Shown here: positions 9,756 to 17,908 of the stretch, in pieces
How positions within the stretch are numbered: the stretch's first letter is position 1
Layout: every line of letters starts with the position of its first letter
Assembly: GCA_041478735.1 (NCBI GenBank)
Contig: JBGOWS010000003.1
Coordinates: 1-35,105 of the forward strand
Origin: Thermodesulfovibrionia bacterium
GTDB lineage: Bacteria; Nitrospirota; Thermodesulfovibrionia; Thermodesulfovibrionales; SM23-35
Direction of reading: 5' to 3'
DNA: 35,105 bases
Made by a program: the position numbers and the translations under genes
Notes under the pieces: model-generated
Told to the model about the DNA's origin: nothing
Databases searched by the model: none
The model's input: the letters and a program-made list of their open reading frames with translations, nothing else

Positions 9756-10502
9756 TTATTCCAATAATATTCGCGTCAAATACTCTTTTAAATCAATTTT
9801 AATTGGCATAAAATATACATTATAGTTATTATTTTTACTGAATTCTAATACCTTTTTTGAGAATTTCACATTCCATTCTAAATTATGTTCAAAATCTTTT
9901 GGGAATACTGCACGGTTTCTTGTTTCCCAATATAATTTTGACTGTTCTGATATAACAGGACTAATTCCCCAGTAAATATTTTTGGTTTCTATTTTTTCGG
10001 CATATATTTCTAATAACCTAATATCGAAAAATGGTTGTGTAAAAAAACCATCAATCCCTGCGTCAATTTTTCTATTTATATATTCTAATTCATCTCTTAT
10101 ATTACTTCTGTATTGATCTATTCCACCATATATTTTTATATCAGGGATTTCTTTTTTTATCTTTTTTGAAAATTCAACTGTTGTTGTTGGGTATATCTTT
10201 TTAGTCATAACTTGAGGATCATCTCCTCGAATCACAAGTATTTCATTAATATTGTTTTTTTGGAAATATTCTTTTAGCTTAAAATCTGATTTTAAGTCAA
10301 AATCTATTGCACGTATATGAGGTATACATTTATTACAATATTTATTTACAACTTCACAGGCAACCCAGCTTCTTATTTCAAAGCGTAACAAATCAGGGAT
10401 ATTTACAGCAGTTATTTGTCTAAAGCTTGTTTTTACAAGGTTTAATTCATGCTTTAATTGTTCATAATTTCGTGGAACCAATTCAATTGATATTAATGAC
10501 AT
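9756..10502 (-). CDS. Short methylenetetrahydrofolate reductase (MetF) family protein, AT-rich
   Basis: ISIELVP, VNIPD, IPHIRAID, LVIRGD and KIDAG.DGFFTQPFFD motifs. Visibly more AT-rich than the flanking genes. Confidence 0.8.
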   Translation of the reverse strand: MSLISIELVPRNYEQLKHELNLVKTSFRQITAVNIPDLLRFEIRSWVACEVVNKYCNKCIPHIRAIDFDLKSDFKLKEYFQKNNINEILVIRGDDPQVMTKKIYPTTTVEFSKKIKKEIPDIKIYGGIDQYRSNIRDELEYINRKIDAGIDGFFTQPFFDIRLLEIYAEKIETKNIYWGISPVISEQSKLYWETRNRAVFPKDFEHNLEWNVKFSKKVLEFSKNNNYNVYFMPIKIDLKEYLTRILLE

Positions 10503-10563
10503 TTTTTAATCCTTTATTTCGGCAATTGCACACAACGTCCAAGGCTTTGCGCCGTGCCGCCCG

Positions 10564-10860
10564 TCAATCTTGATTATTTTTTATTTTTGAAAAGTCTCTT
10601 TTCCCATGAATTAATGCAAGGATTTCAACCTTATTGAGGAATACTTCGTAAATAAGACGGTACGAATATATTATCAACTCTCGAATTTTAGGATCACCTA
10701 TTTCCAAAACGATTCTGCCGATCTCAGGAAAGATATTTAATTTTTCGGATTTCTCAACGATTTCAAGTTATACTTTTTTAGCATAGAATTTCGAATCTCT
10801 TGCAATATAGTCATGAATTGACTTTAAATCTTGCTTTGCAGGCCCTGTCCACCTTACCAC
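10564..10860 (-). pseudogene. RelE/ParE-family toxin with in-frame TAA
   Basis: Manual translation: VVRWTGPAKQDLKSIHDYIARDSKFYAKKV*LEIVEKSEKLNIFPEIGRIVLEIGDPKIRELIIYSYRLIYEV...EILALIHGKRDF. TAA at 10768-10770. Confidence 0.85.
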
Positions 10861-11033
10861 GCTTGCATTTCTCGTTTTAAGTCCTCAATAGATATTGAAT
10901 CACCACGTTCTGCTGCCTCTCTGCCTTTTTTGACTTTATCAATTAAATAAAGTTCGTACATTATATCATCGACATTTGCCGTATCAGGTAATTTTGAAAT
11001 TACCCTGAGTGCCTCCTGCTTTAGAGTCTCCAT
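10854..11033 (-). CDS. Putative antitoxin (59 aa) paired with the ParE-type toxin
   Basis: METLKQEALRVISKLPDTANVDDIMYELYLIDKVKKGREAAERGDSISIEDLKREMQAW. GGAGGTG RBS; its stop overlaps the toxin GTG. Not in the ORF track. Confidence 0.8.
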   Translation of the reverse strand: METLKQEALRVISKLPDTANVDDIMYELYLIDKVKKGREAAERGDSISIEDLKREMQAW

Positions 11034-11203
11034 TATTTACACCTCCTTACACTTTGGTTAGCAATATTTTAGCATTTTTGCGGTTTTTAGTTGCCATGTA
11101 GATAGCAATTTTTTCTTTTGATGTAAAATTGTGTATTCCTGGTTTTGCTATTCCTCGTCAGTATTTAGCTTTGAAAGGAGTTTTCACACAATCTGACGTT
11201 ATC

Positions 11204-11248
11204 AGGCCAAAAGAAGTGTGATAGCATTTTGATTAAATCTTTTGGCCT
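11204..11248. repeat. 11-bp perfect inverted repeat next to repeat copy 3
   Basis: AGGCCAAAAGA (11204-11214) / TCTTTTGGCCT (11238-11248). Confidence 0.6.
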
Positions 11249-11254
11249 ATGTTA

Positions 11255-11469
11255 ACCCACCAGTTGCAAAACAGTTTATGCATTTATGATGCAGATGTGC
11301 TGGGAAAGCTCTGCCAGTAACACATTATAGTCCTAATAGCCTGGCCAGCCAGCCTTTATCCAAAAGGCACTAAAGGTTAAATGTACAGTCATGTGTATCA
11401 TAATCAAATCTCGTTGCTTTGCAGAGGTTTTTCAGCATGTCTGCATCATATTTTATGCACCATTTGGGT
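11255..11469. mobile_element. ~215-bp MITE-like structured repeat, copy 3 (complete)
   Basis: Ends ACCCACCAGTTGCA...TGCACCATTTGGGT, flanked by TA on both sides. Same inner 29-bp arms as copy 2. Confidence 0.8.
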
Positions 11470-12058
11470 TAATAATGCTTTTTTAATTCAAATAGAACCT
11501 GTTTGGCAATAGACTTAAGGGTTTCAAAAACTCCTTTCCCTGTTACGGCAACAGCTTCGAACCAGAGAACATTACGGTGATTCAGTATTTTATTCATCTC
11601 CTCAAGAGGAACAATGTTAGGGAGATCTCGCTTGTTGTGCTGTATTATAAATGGAAGTTTTTCAAGCTCATAACCCTGTTCCGCAAGGTTTATCTGCAGG
11701 TCGTCTATGCTTTCCATATTGGATTCCATCCTTTCTATCTGGCTGTCCGCAACAAAGACAACGCCGTCAACACCCTTGAGTATGAGCTTTCTGCTGGCAG
11801 CATAGAAGACCTGGCCAGGAACAGTATAAAGGTGAAATCTTATCTTGAAACCTTTGATATCTCCCAGGGCTAAAGGAAGAAAGTCAAAGAAAAGTGTCCT
11901 TTCTGCCTCTGTTGCAAGAGATATAAGTTTTCCTTTTTGTTCAGGGTTTGTTCGCTTATAAATATACTGGAGGTTCGTGGTCTTCCCGCAGAGACCTGGA
12001 CCATAATAAACAATCTTACAGTTGATTTCACGTGAGGAGTAATTAATATAAAAGACAC
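11469..12058 (-). pseudogene. mglA: MglA small Ras-like GTPase, frameshifted at codon 4
   Basis: GTG TCT TTT [AT] ATT AAT TAC. Removing 2 nt (12048-12049) gives [29 protein letters not shown]...RTLFFDFLP...TVPGQV...NKRDL, 195 aa. Confidence 0.9.
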
Positions 12059-12073
12059 AGGAGGTGTACCTAC

Positions 12074-12565
12074 CTAAAAAGGCTGGACGATATCTTCATC
12101 GCTAATCTCAGCAAATGGAGAATCCTCGAACTTTCCTTCACCTTTTCTTTTTTCAACGTTCTGGTTGATTTCGTCAAATATCCTGACCAGCGTCTCCGAA
12201 GCCTTTTTTACGCGCAGCCGGACAAGACCCAATGATGACCTTTGGTCAAATATGACAACAAGAATAACCCTCTGTCCGATAAGAGAGATATGGATATTGT
12301 TTTTTTCTCCTTCGTGGAATAGTATTGTGAATTCCTTTTCCCCTAAAAGCCTTGCGATCCCGCCTGTGGCTGCTATATTCTCTGCAGTGAGAGACGCCAG
12401 TGACGTAGTATCTATGTCATGTGTTTCTCCAGCTGATGCTATAAGCTGTCCATTTTTGTCGATGAGGAAGACGACCTTCAAATTTGACTGCTTGTGCAAT
12501 TTCTGCAGTTCCGCGTTGATCTTCCGGAACGCCTCCTCATACATTACCAGATCAAAACCCATCAT
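12074..12565 (-). CDS. mglB: MglB roadblock/LC7 GAP with an apparently frameshifted tail
   Basis: VFLIDKNGQLIA, SLASLTA.NIAATGG, FHEGEK and SSLGLVRLRVKKA motifs. Directly upstream of mglA. Confidence 0.92.
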   Translation of the reverse strand: MMGFDLVMYEEAFRKINAELQKLHKQSNLKVVFLIDKNGQLIASAGETHDIDTTSLASLTAENIAATGGIARLLGEKEFTILFHEGEKNNIHISLIGQRVILVVIFDQRSSLGLVRLRVKKASETLVRIFDEINQNVEKRKGEGKFEDSPFAEISDEDIVQPF

Positions 12566-12596
12566 AATTTAACCTATCATAACTAATTATTTATAA

Positions 12597-13535
12597 TCAA
12601 GAGGCGAATAGCGATTCTTCTTTTTGCAGCCTCTCCCATTCACTGTCTATGTCTTCCTGAAGTTTATTTAGCACCCATTCATTTTCAGGCTTGAAGAGAT
12701 GTTTGAACCTCCCCTGAGGCTTGAGAAAATCTACAATAGGCTTTTTCTTCTTCGGCTTGAAGGTTATCTTTACAATTCCGTTCTCAACCTCATAAAGCGG
12801 CCAATAACATGTCTCAACTGCGAGCCTGCTCAGCGCTATTGAATCATCAGTCCGGGATCTCCATCCGCGGTTACATGGCGAGATTATATTCATAAATTTC
12901 GGGCCCGGTATATCAAACGCCTTTCGTGCCTTTTTCAAGAGATCCATCCAGTGGCTTGGAGATGCCTGTGCTGCATATGGTATATTGTGTGCTGCCATAA
13001 TTTTTGTCAGGTCTTTCCTCTGCTCAGTCTTTCCAGGGATAATGCTCCCTGCAGGTCTTGTCGTAGTATCCGCACCACGAGGTGTAGCGCTTGAACGTTG
13101 AATCCCTGTATTCATGTACGCCCCGTTGTCATAGCAGACATAAAGCATATCATGTCCACGCTCCATTGCACCGGAAAGGCTTTGCAGTCCTATATCGTAA
13201 GTGCCGCCGTCACCGCCGAATGCAACAAATTTTATTTCCTTGTCTATCTTGCCCTGCTTTTTCAAAGACCTGTACATTGCCTCTACACCAGAGATTGTAG
13301 CAGCAGCATTCTCAAAAGCACTATGAATCCATGGAATCTTCCAGGCAGTATAATCAGATATACAGGTAGAAACCTCAAGACACCCTGTTGCATTTGATGC
13401 TATGACAGGGTAGTCGGATGCAAGAAGGACCATCTTTACAATTGTGGGCGCACCGCACCCGGCACACATCCTGTGACCTGAGGATATCAACACTTCTTTC
13501 TTTGAAAGTTCTTTTAAGCTAAGTGGTTTTGCCAT
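12597..13535 (-). CDS. porB: Pyruvate/2-oxoacid:ferredoxin oxidoreductase beta subunit
   Basis: GHRMCAGCG, NATGCLEV, and GGDGGTYDIG...YDNGAYMNTGIQRS TPP-binding motif. Confidence 0.93.
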   Translation of the reverse strand: MAKPLSLKELSKKEVLISSGHRMCAGCGAPTIVKMVLLASDYPVIASNATGCLEVSTCISDYTAWKIPWIHSAFENAAATISGVEAMYRSLKKQGKIDKEIKFVAFGGDGGTYDIGLQSLSGAMERGHDMLYVCYDNGAYMNTGIQRSSATPRGADTTTRPAGSIIPGKTEQRKDLTKIMAAHNIPYAAQASPSHWMDLLKKARKAFDIPGPKFMNIISPCNRGWRSRTDDSIALSRLAVETCYWPLYEVENGIVKITFKPKKKKPIVDFLKPQGRFKHLFKPENEWVLNKLQEDIDSEWERLQKEESLFAS

Positions 13536-13536
13536 A

Positions 13537-14718
13537 TTACCCCCTTACCCCGATATATTCTTTAACGGTATCTACTTTTCCTGTCTTTGCTATCTCAGCA
13601 AGCTCGCTGAGCACATGCTCCGCATGTTCTGGTAGATAATCCCTTCCGCCGAGTCCGTATATCTTATTGATGAGTATCGGCTTTTCTTTGTAAGGGTAAA
13701 GGCTCGTTGCAATATCTATAAACAAGGGCCCATAAGAACCGCCAAAAGCATCAGCCCTGTCAAGCACACAAACAGCTTTAAGGTGTTTCAGTGCCTCGCC
13801 TATTTCTTCATAAGGAAATGGTCTATACAATCTGGGTTTTAACAGGCCTGCTTTTATTCCCCTGTTTCTGAATTCATCAATCGTATCTTTTGATGTACCC
13901 GCAGCAGAATTAAGAATAACCATTCCTATTTCTGCATCATCAAGCCTGTATGTTTCAAACAGTCCATATTTTCTACCAGATATTTTCTCAAAATCTTTAG
14001 CTGCCTCCAAAACTACCCTGGAAACCTTTGACTCAACATCATCCTGTGCTTTTCTAAACTCCATATAATAGTCGGGAAGTATCAAAGGTCCATAGCTAAC
14101 AGGATGTTCTATATCAAGAAGCGGGTTTAACTCTTTAAAATCACCAATGAAATTTGTGACCTCGCCATCCTCCAGATATTCTATCCTCTCTATGGAGTGG
14201 CTTATTATAAAACCATCCAGACAGACCATCACAGGAAGTCTTATATCCATGTGCTCCCCGATACGGAATGCCTGTATTATGTTGTCATATGCCTCCTGTG
14301 CATTTTCAGACCATAGCTGTATCCATCCGGAGTCTCTTGCACCCATAGCATCCGAATGATCACCATGAATATTCAATGGGGCCGAAAGAGCCCTGTTTAC
14401 AACACACATAATTATTGGAAGTCTCAAACCCGAGGCTATAAACAACATCTCCCACATAAGAGCAAGTCCCTGGGAAGATGTAGCAGTCATCACCCTTCCG
14501 CCTGCTGCAGACGCTCCGATGCAGGCGCTCATCGCACTATGCTCGCTTTCAACAAGGATCATTTCTGTTTTAACTTCACCGTTAGATACAAAGCTTGTAA
14601 ACCTTTGCATAATATCTGTCGCAGGAGTTATAGGGTATGCCGCACTGACATCAGGATTTACCTGCATCAAGGCATTGGCAACTGCTTCGTTTCCTGTTGC
14701 AGCAACAATTTTTGCCAT
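13537..14718 (-). CDS. porA: Pyruvate/2-oxoacid:ferredoxin oxidoreductase alpha subunit
   Basis: GNEAVA, AAYPITP, ESEHSA and TATSSQGL motifs. ATG at 14718 overlaps the porD stop (TAATG). Confidence 0.93.
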   Translation of the reverse strand: MAKIVAATGNEAVANALMQVNPDVSAAYPITPATDIMQRFTSFVSNGEVKTEMILVESEHSAMSACIGASAAGGRVMTATSSQGLALMWEMLFIASGLRLPIIMCVVNRALSAPLNIHGDHSDAMGARDSGWIQLWSENAQEAYDNIIQAFRIGEHMDIRLPVMVCLDGFIISHSIERIEYLEDGEVTNFIGDFKELNPLLDIEHPVSYGPLILPDYYMEFRKAQDDVESKVSRVVLEAAKDFEKISGRKYGLFETYRLDDAEIGMVILNSAAGTSKDTIDEFRNRGIKAGLLKPRLYRPFPYEEIGEALKHLKAVCVLDRADAFGGSYGPLFIDIATSLYPYKEKPILINKIYGLGGRDYLPEHAEHVLSELAEIAKTGKVDTVKEYIGVRG

Positions 14719-15011
14719 TATTTTCCCTCCTCTACCATAACAATTGCCTTGTTTCCTTTTTTGCCGGGGCACTCAAGGGCACATATTCCACAGCCTTTAC
14801 AGTAATCATAATCAAACTCCCCCCTCTTGCCATCCTTTACCTTAATCGCCATATCAGGACAATACAGCCAGCAAAAAAGACACTGTATACAATTTTCTTC
14901 CTTCCATACCGGCCTGAACGACCTCCATGAGCCTGTCTTAAATTCGACTGCGTTTCCTGCCTCAAGTATTACGGCCCCAGGCGTAACCTCTCTCCATCCT
15001 TTTAGTTTCAT
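14718..15011 (-). CDS. porD: 2-oxoacid:ferredoxin oxidoreductase delta subunit (2x[4Fe-4S])
   Basis: KTGSWR, CIQCLFCWLYCP and DYCKGCGICALECP motifs. Confidence 0.93.
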   Translation of the reverse strand: MKLKGWREVTPGAVILEAGNAVEFKTGSWRSFRPVWKEENCIQCLFCWLYCPDMAIKVKDGKRGEFDYDYCKGCGICALECPGKKGNKAIVMVEEGK

Positions 15012-15583
15012 CCTTCCTTTACCTCCTCATATCCGCGCCTCGTTGCCTCGAGATTGCCGTCTATTATCTTCTGAGAAAATTTTTTGCCAAAGCTTTTTTT
15101 GACATCATCGAGGAGATGCTCAAGGGTTACAAGGCTGGTCACTTTACACACTGCACCAAGCATAGGAAAATTTGGCAATGCCCTTCCAATACACTCCATG
15201 GCTACCTTTGTAGCATCAATCGTAAAAACCTTTTGTCCTGGTTTTGCATTGAGCTTTGCCCTTATCTCCTTCGGGTCTTTTGAGGAATTAACAACAAATA
15301 TTGCATGTTCTGTGGCTCCCTCAGCAACGTTGATGCTATCAAGCAGCGTGGCATCAACAACACCGACAACCTGTGGCTGAAGTACAGGGCAGTGCATCCT
15401 GAGTTCCTTTGAACTTATTCGGTTGTATGCTCTTAACGGTGCTCCAGACCTTTCAGGCCCGTATTCAGGAAATGCCTGTACGTATCTCCCACCACTCAAA
15501 CAAGCATCTGCAAGCACTTTGGCAGCAGTAACTGTCCCCTGCCCTCCCCTTCCATGCCATCTTATTTCCAATGTCTCAGCCAT
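15008..15583 (-). CDS. porC: 2-oxoacid:ferredoxin oxidoreductase gamma subunit
   Basis: EIRWHGRGGQG and FPEYGPERSGAP motifs. Confidence 0.93.
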   Translation of the reverse strand: MAETLEIRWHGRGGQGTVTAAKVLADACLSGGRYVQAFPEYGPERSGAPLRAYNRISSKELRMHCPVLQPQVVGVVDATLLDSINVAEGATEHAIFVVNSSKDPKEIRAKLNAKPGQKVFTIDATKVAMECIGRALPNFPMLGAVCKVTSLVTLEHLLDDVKKSFGKKFSQKIIDGNLEATRRGYEEVKEG

Positions 15584-15614
15584 TTTTTATACCTCCAGAA
15601 GAATTTAACGACTG

Positions 15615-15644
15615 ATTTTAGCCAATTACTAATTCATTTTTCAA
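15615..15644 (-). promoter_or_regulatory. Putative sigma70 promoter for the por operon
   Basis: TTGAAA-18 bp-TAAAAT on the minus strand upstream of porC. Confidence 0.45.
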
Positions 15645-15693
15645 GCTTTTAGATATGAAATATGGCAAAACCCAATAAATTATCTACCTGTAT

Positions 15694-15722
15694 TTGACTA
15701 AATTGCCTAACTGATTTATAGT
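15694..15722 (+). promoter_or_regulatory. Putative sigma70 promoter for the yicC operon
   Basis: TTGACT-17 bp-TATAGT, with 8 bp between it and ATG 15731. Confidence 0.55.
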
Positions 15723-15730
15723 TTCAAAAT

Positions 15731-16579
15731 ATGATACAGAGTATGACAGGCTTCGGCAGCGCAGAAAATGATGATTTCAGGGTTGAAATCCGCTCTTTAA
15801 ATCACAGGTTTATCGACATATTAATAAAGATGCCGCCTTATATGGGTCAACATGAAATACCTTTAAGAAATATCATTAAAGAAAAATTTCATAGAGGAAG
15901 GTTCGACGTCTCTGTCTCGACAAAAAACCATAAGGCAATACAGTTAAAAATAAATAAGGAGCTTGCAAGGAATATATATAGCGCTTTGCAGGATTTACAA
16001 AAAGAACTTTCTATCCCGGGCAAGATAAATATAGATACACTTACCGGATACAGGGAACTCCTTACCGAAGAAGAACAGAAATACAATATAGATGCGCTTT
16101 ATGCTTCCCTTAATGAGGCTGTCTCTAATCTCGAAGCGATGAGAATAAGAGAGGGCAACCTTCTGTCAGAGGAATTGCATAAAAGAATCGAATCATTGGG
16201 TATGATGAACAATAAAATAAAATTACTCATACCTCATGAAGTCGAAAGGTGTATGGAAAAATTTGCTGAACGGCTGAAGTTGATACTCGGTACCGAAGAG
16301 ATAGACGCCAACAGAATAACTCAAGAGGCTGCAATAATGGCTGATAAAATTGATATAACTGAAGAAGTAAGCAGAATCGAAAACCATATAAAACAGTTTA
16401 TAGAAACTCTAAATAATGGTAATATTGCAGGGAGAAAGCTCGATTTCCTCCTTCAGGAAATAAACAGAGAGGTAAATACTTTAGCATATAAGTCAAGCAA
16501 TTACACTATATCTAATCTTGTGATAGAGATGAAAACCGAGGTTGAAAAGATGAGAGAACAGGTACAGAACATACAATGA
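15731..16579 (+). CDS. yicC: YicC/YloC family endoribonuclease
   Basis: MIQSMTGFG, EIRSLNHRF, DITEE..R and GRKLDFLLQEINREVNT...EQVQNIQ motifs. Confidence 0.95.
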   Translation: MIQSMTGFGSAENDDFRVEIRSLNHRFIDILIKMPPYMGQHEIPLRNIIKEKFHRGRFDVSVSTKNHKAIQLKINKELARNIYSALQDLQKELSIPGKINIDTLTGYRELLTEEEQKYNIDALYASLNEAVSNLEAMRIREGNLLSEELHKRIESLGMMNNKIKLLIPHEVERCMEKFAERLKLILGTEEIDANRITQEAAIMADKIDITEEVSRIENHIKQFIETLNNGNIAGRKLDFLLQEINREVNTLAYKSSNYTISNLVIEMKTEVEKMREQVQNIQ

Positions 16580-16591
16580 AAGGACTAAAAT

Positions 16592-16876
16592 ATGAAAAAA
16601 GGTGACCTCAGTCCGGTACTCGTTAATATAGGTTTTGGTAATGTTGTAGCTGTTTCTAAGGTTGTTGCAATTGTAACACCGGGTTCTGCACCTATGAAGA
16701 GACTTCGCGAGGAGGCAAAAAAGGAAGGCAGATTAATTGATGCAACTGAGGGGAGGCGCACCCGCTCGATAATAGTTACCGACAGCAACCATATTATATT
16801 GTCAGCTATTCAGGCAGAAACAATTACACAGAGATTCTTCGAAGGGAAGGAAACCCTTGCAGGAGAAGAAAAATAA
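16592..16876 (+). CDS. remA: DUF370/RemA family protein
   Basis: NIGFGN, SAPMKRL and [12 protein letters not shown] motifs; yicC-remA-gmk order. Confidence 0.9.
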   Translation: MKKGDLSPVLVNIGFGNVVAVSKVVAIVTPGSAPMKRLREEAKKEGRLIDATEGRRTRSIIVTDSNHIILSAIQAETITQRFFEGKETLAGEEK

Positions 16877-17507
16877 GGGCAGTCTATTCATAATATCTGC
16901 ACCTTCAGGGGCTGGCAAAACAACGTTATGTAAAAAACTTGTTTTGGCACTACCTAATCTGAAATTTTCGGTATCATATACAACACGTCAACCACGGCCA
17001 GGAGAAGTTAAAAACAAGGACTATTCATTTATTAGCAGGGATAAGTTCAAATTGATGCTCGAAAAAGAAGAGTTTATTGAGTGGGCAGAGATACATGGAG
17101 AGCTTTACGGCACATTAAGGAAGAGACTTGAAAAACTTTTAGAATCAGGCATTGATATCATTCTGGATATTGACACACAGGGTGCAATGAAACTAAAGAA
17201 GAAATATCCAAAAGGTGCTGCGTATATCTTTGTACTACCACCCTCCATGGATATACTGGAAAAAAGACTCAAAAAGCGAATGACTAATTCAAAAGAAGAG
17301 ATAGAAAAAAGGCTCAAGAGAGCAGTTTTTGAAATAAAAAGCTACAGCAAGTATGATTATGTTATAGTTAATGACAAGCTTGAGGAGGCGCTCAAAGAAC
17401 TTAAGGCTATAATAACCTCACACAGGGTCAGCACTAAAGTAATCAACCCCCTCTGGATTGAAGAGCATTTTTTTAAAGATAGGTCCGCCAAAGGCGGAAG
17501 GAGGTAA
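16857..17507 (+). CDS. gmk: Guanylate kinase
   Basis: [29 protein letters not shown] and IFVLPPS motifs. Confidence 0.97.
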   Translation: MQEKKNKGSLFIISAPSGAGKTTLCKKLVLALPNLKFSVSYTTRQPRPGEVKNKDYSFISRDKFKLMLEKEEFIEWAEIHGELYGTLRKRLEKLLESGIDIILDIDTQGAMKLKKKYPKGAAYIFVLPPSMDILEKRLKKRMTNSKEEIEKRLKRAVFEIKSYSKYDYVIVNDKLEEALKELKAIITSHRVSTKVINPLWIEEHFFKDRSAKGGRR

Positions 17508-17509
17508 AT

Positions 17510-17908
17510 ATGGATATTATTTCTCTGCCGATTGAATACGACCATGATAAAATCGATGGGAAATTCAGGATTGTAGCAATAGCAGTTCAAAGGGCAAAGG
17601 AACTCGCTGTAGGTGCTAATCCCAGGATTAAGACAAAGGCAAAGAAAGTTGGTACCGTTGCCCTTGAGGAGACAATAAGTAATACCGTTAAATTCCTGAC
17701 AGGTGAACAAGCAATGAAGGCAAAGGAAGATGCGAAAAAATTCGACTACAGAAAACTTCTCGAGGAGAAAAAGAGAGAGATCAAGGGTGAAGAGCTTACA
17801 GAGTTTGAGAAAGATCTAAAAGTCTATCTCCATGAAAAGGAGACAAAGGACAAGAAAGCTCTGGAGGGTCTATTCAGTGAAAAACAAGAGGAAGGTGCTA
17901 AAGAATAA
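17510..17908 (+). CDS. rpoZ: RNA polymerase omega subunit with a charged C-terminal extension
   Basis: KIDGKFRIVAIAVQRAKEL...ALEE; located between gmk and coaBC. Confidence 0.85.
   Translation: MDIISLPIEYDHDKIDGKFRIVAIAVQRAKELAVGANPRIKTKAKKVGTVALEETISNTVKFLTGEQAMKAKEDAKKFDYRKLLEEKKREIKGEELTEFEKDLKVYLHEKETKDKKALEGLFSEKQEEGAKE

Noticed and set aside
10768-10770. Recoded stop (Sec/Pyl) in the toxin
   Set aside because: The codon is TAA, which serves as a normal stop throughout the window.
11255-11469. The 210-bp element as an attC site or CRISPR repeat
   Set aside because: The outer boxes run GTT...AAC (inverse of attC), it is too long, the copies are kilobases apart with no spacers, and no cas genes are present.
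11870-12058. 62-aa ORF, or programmed frameshift in mglA
   Set aside because: It is the out-of-frame product of the mglA start. No canonical slippery heptamer is present, and other lesions indicate decay.
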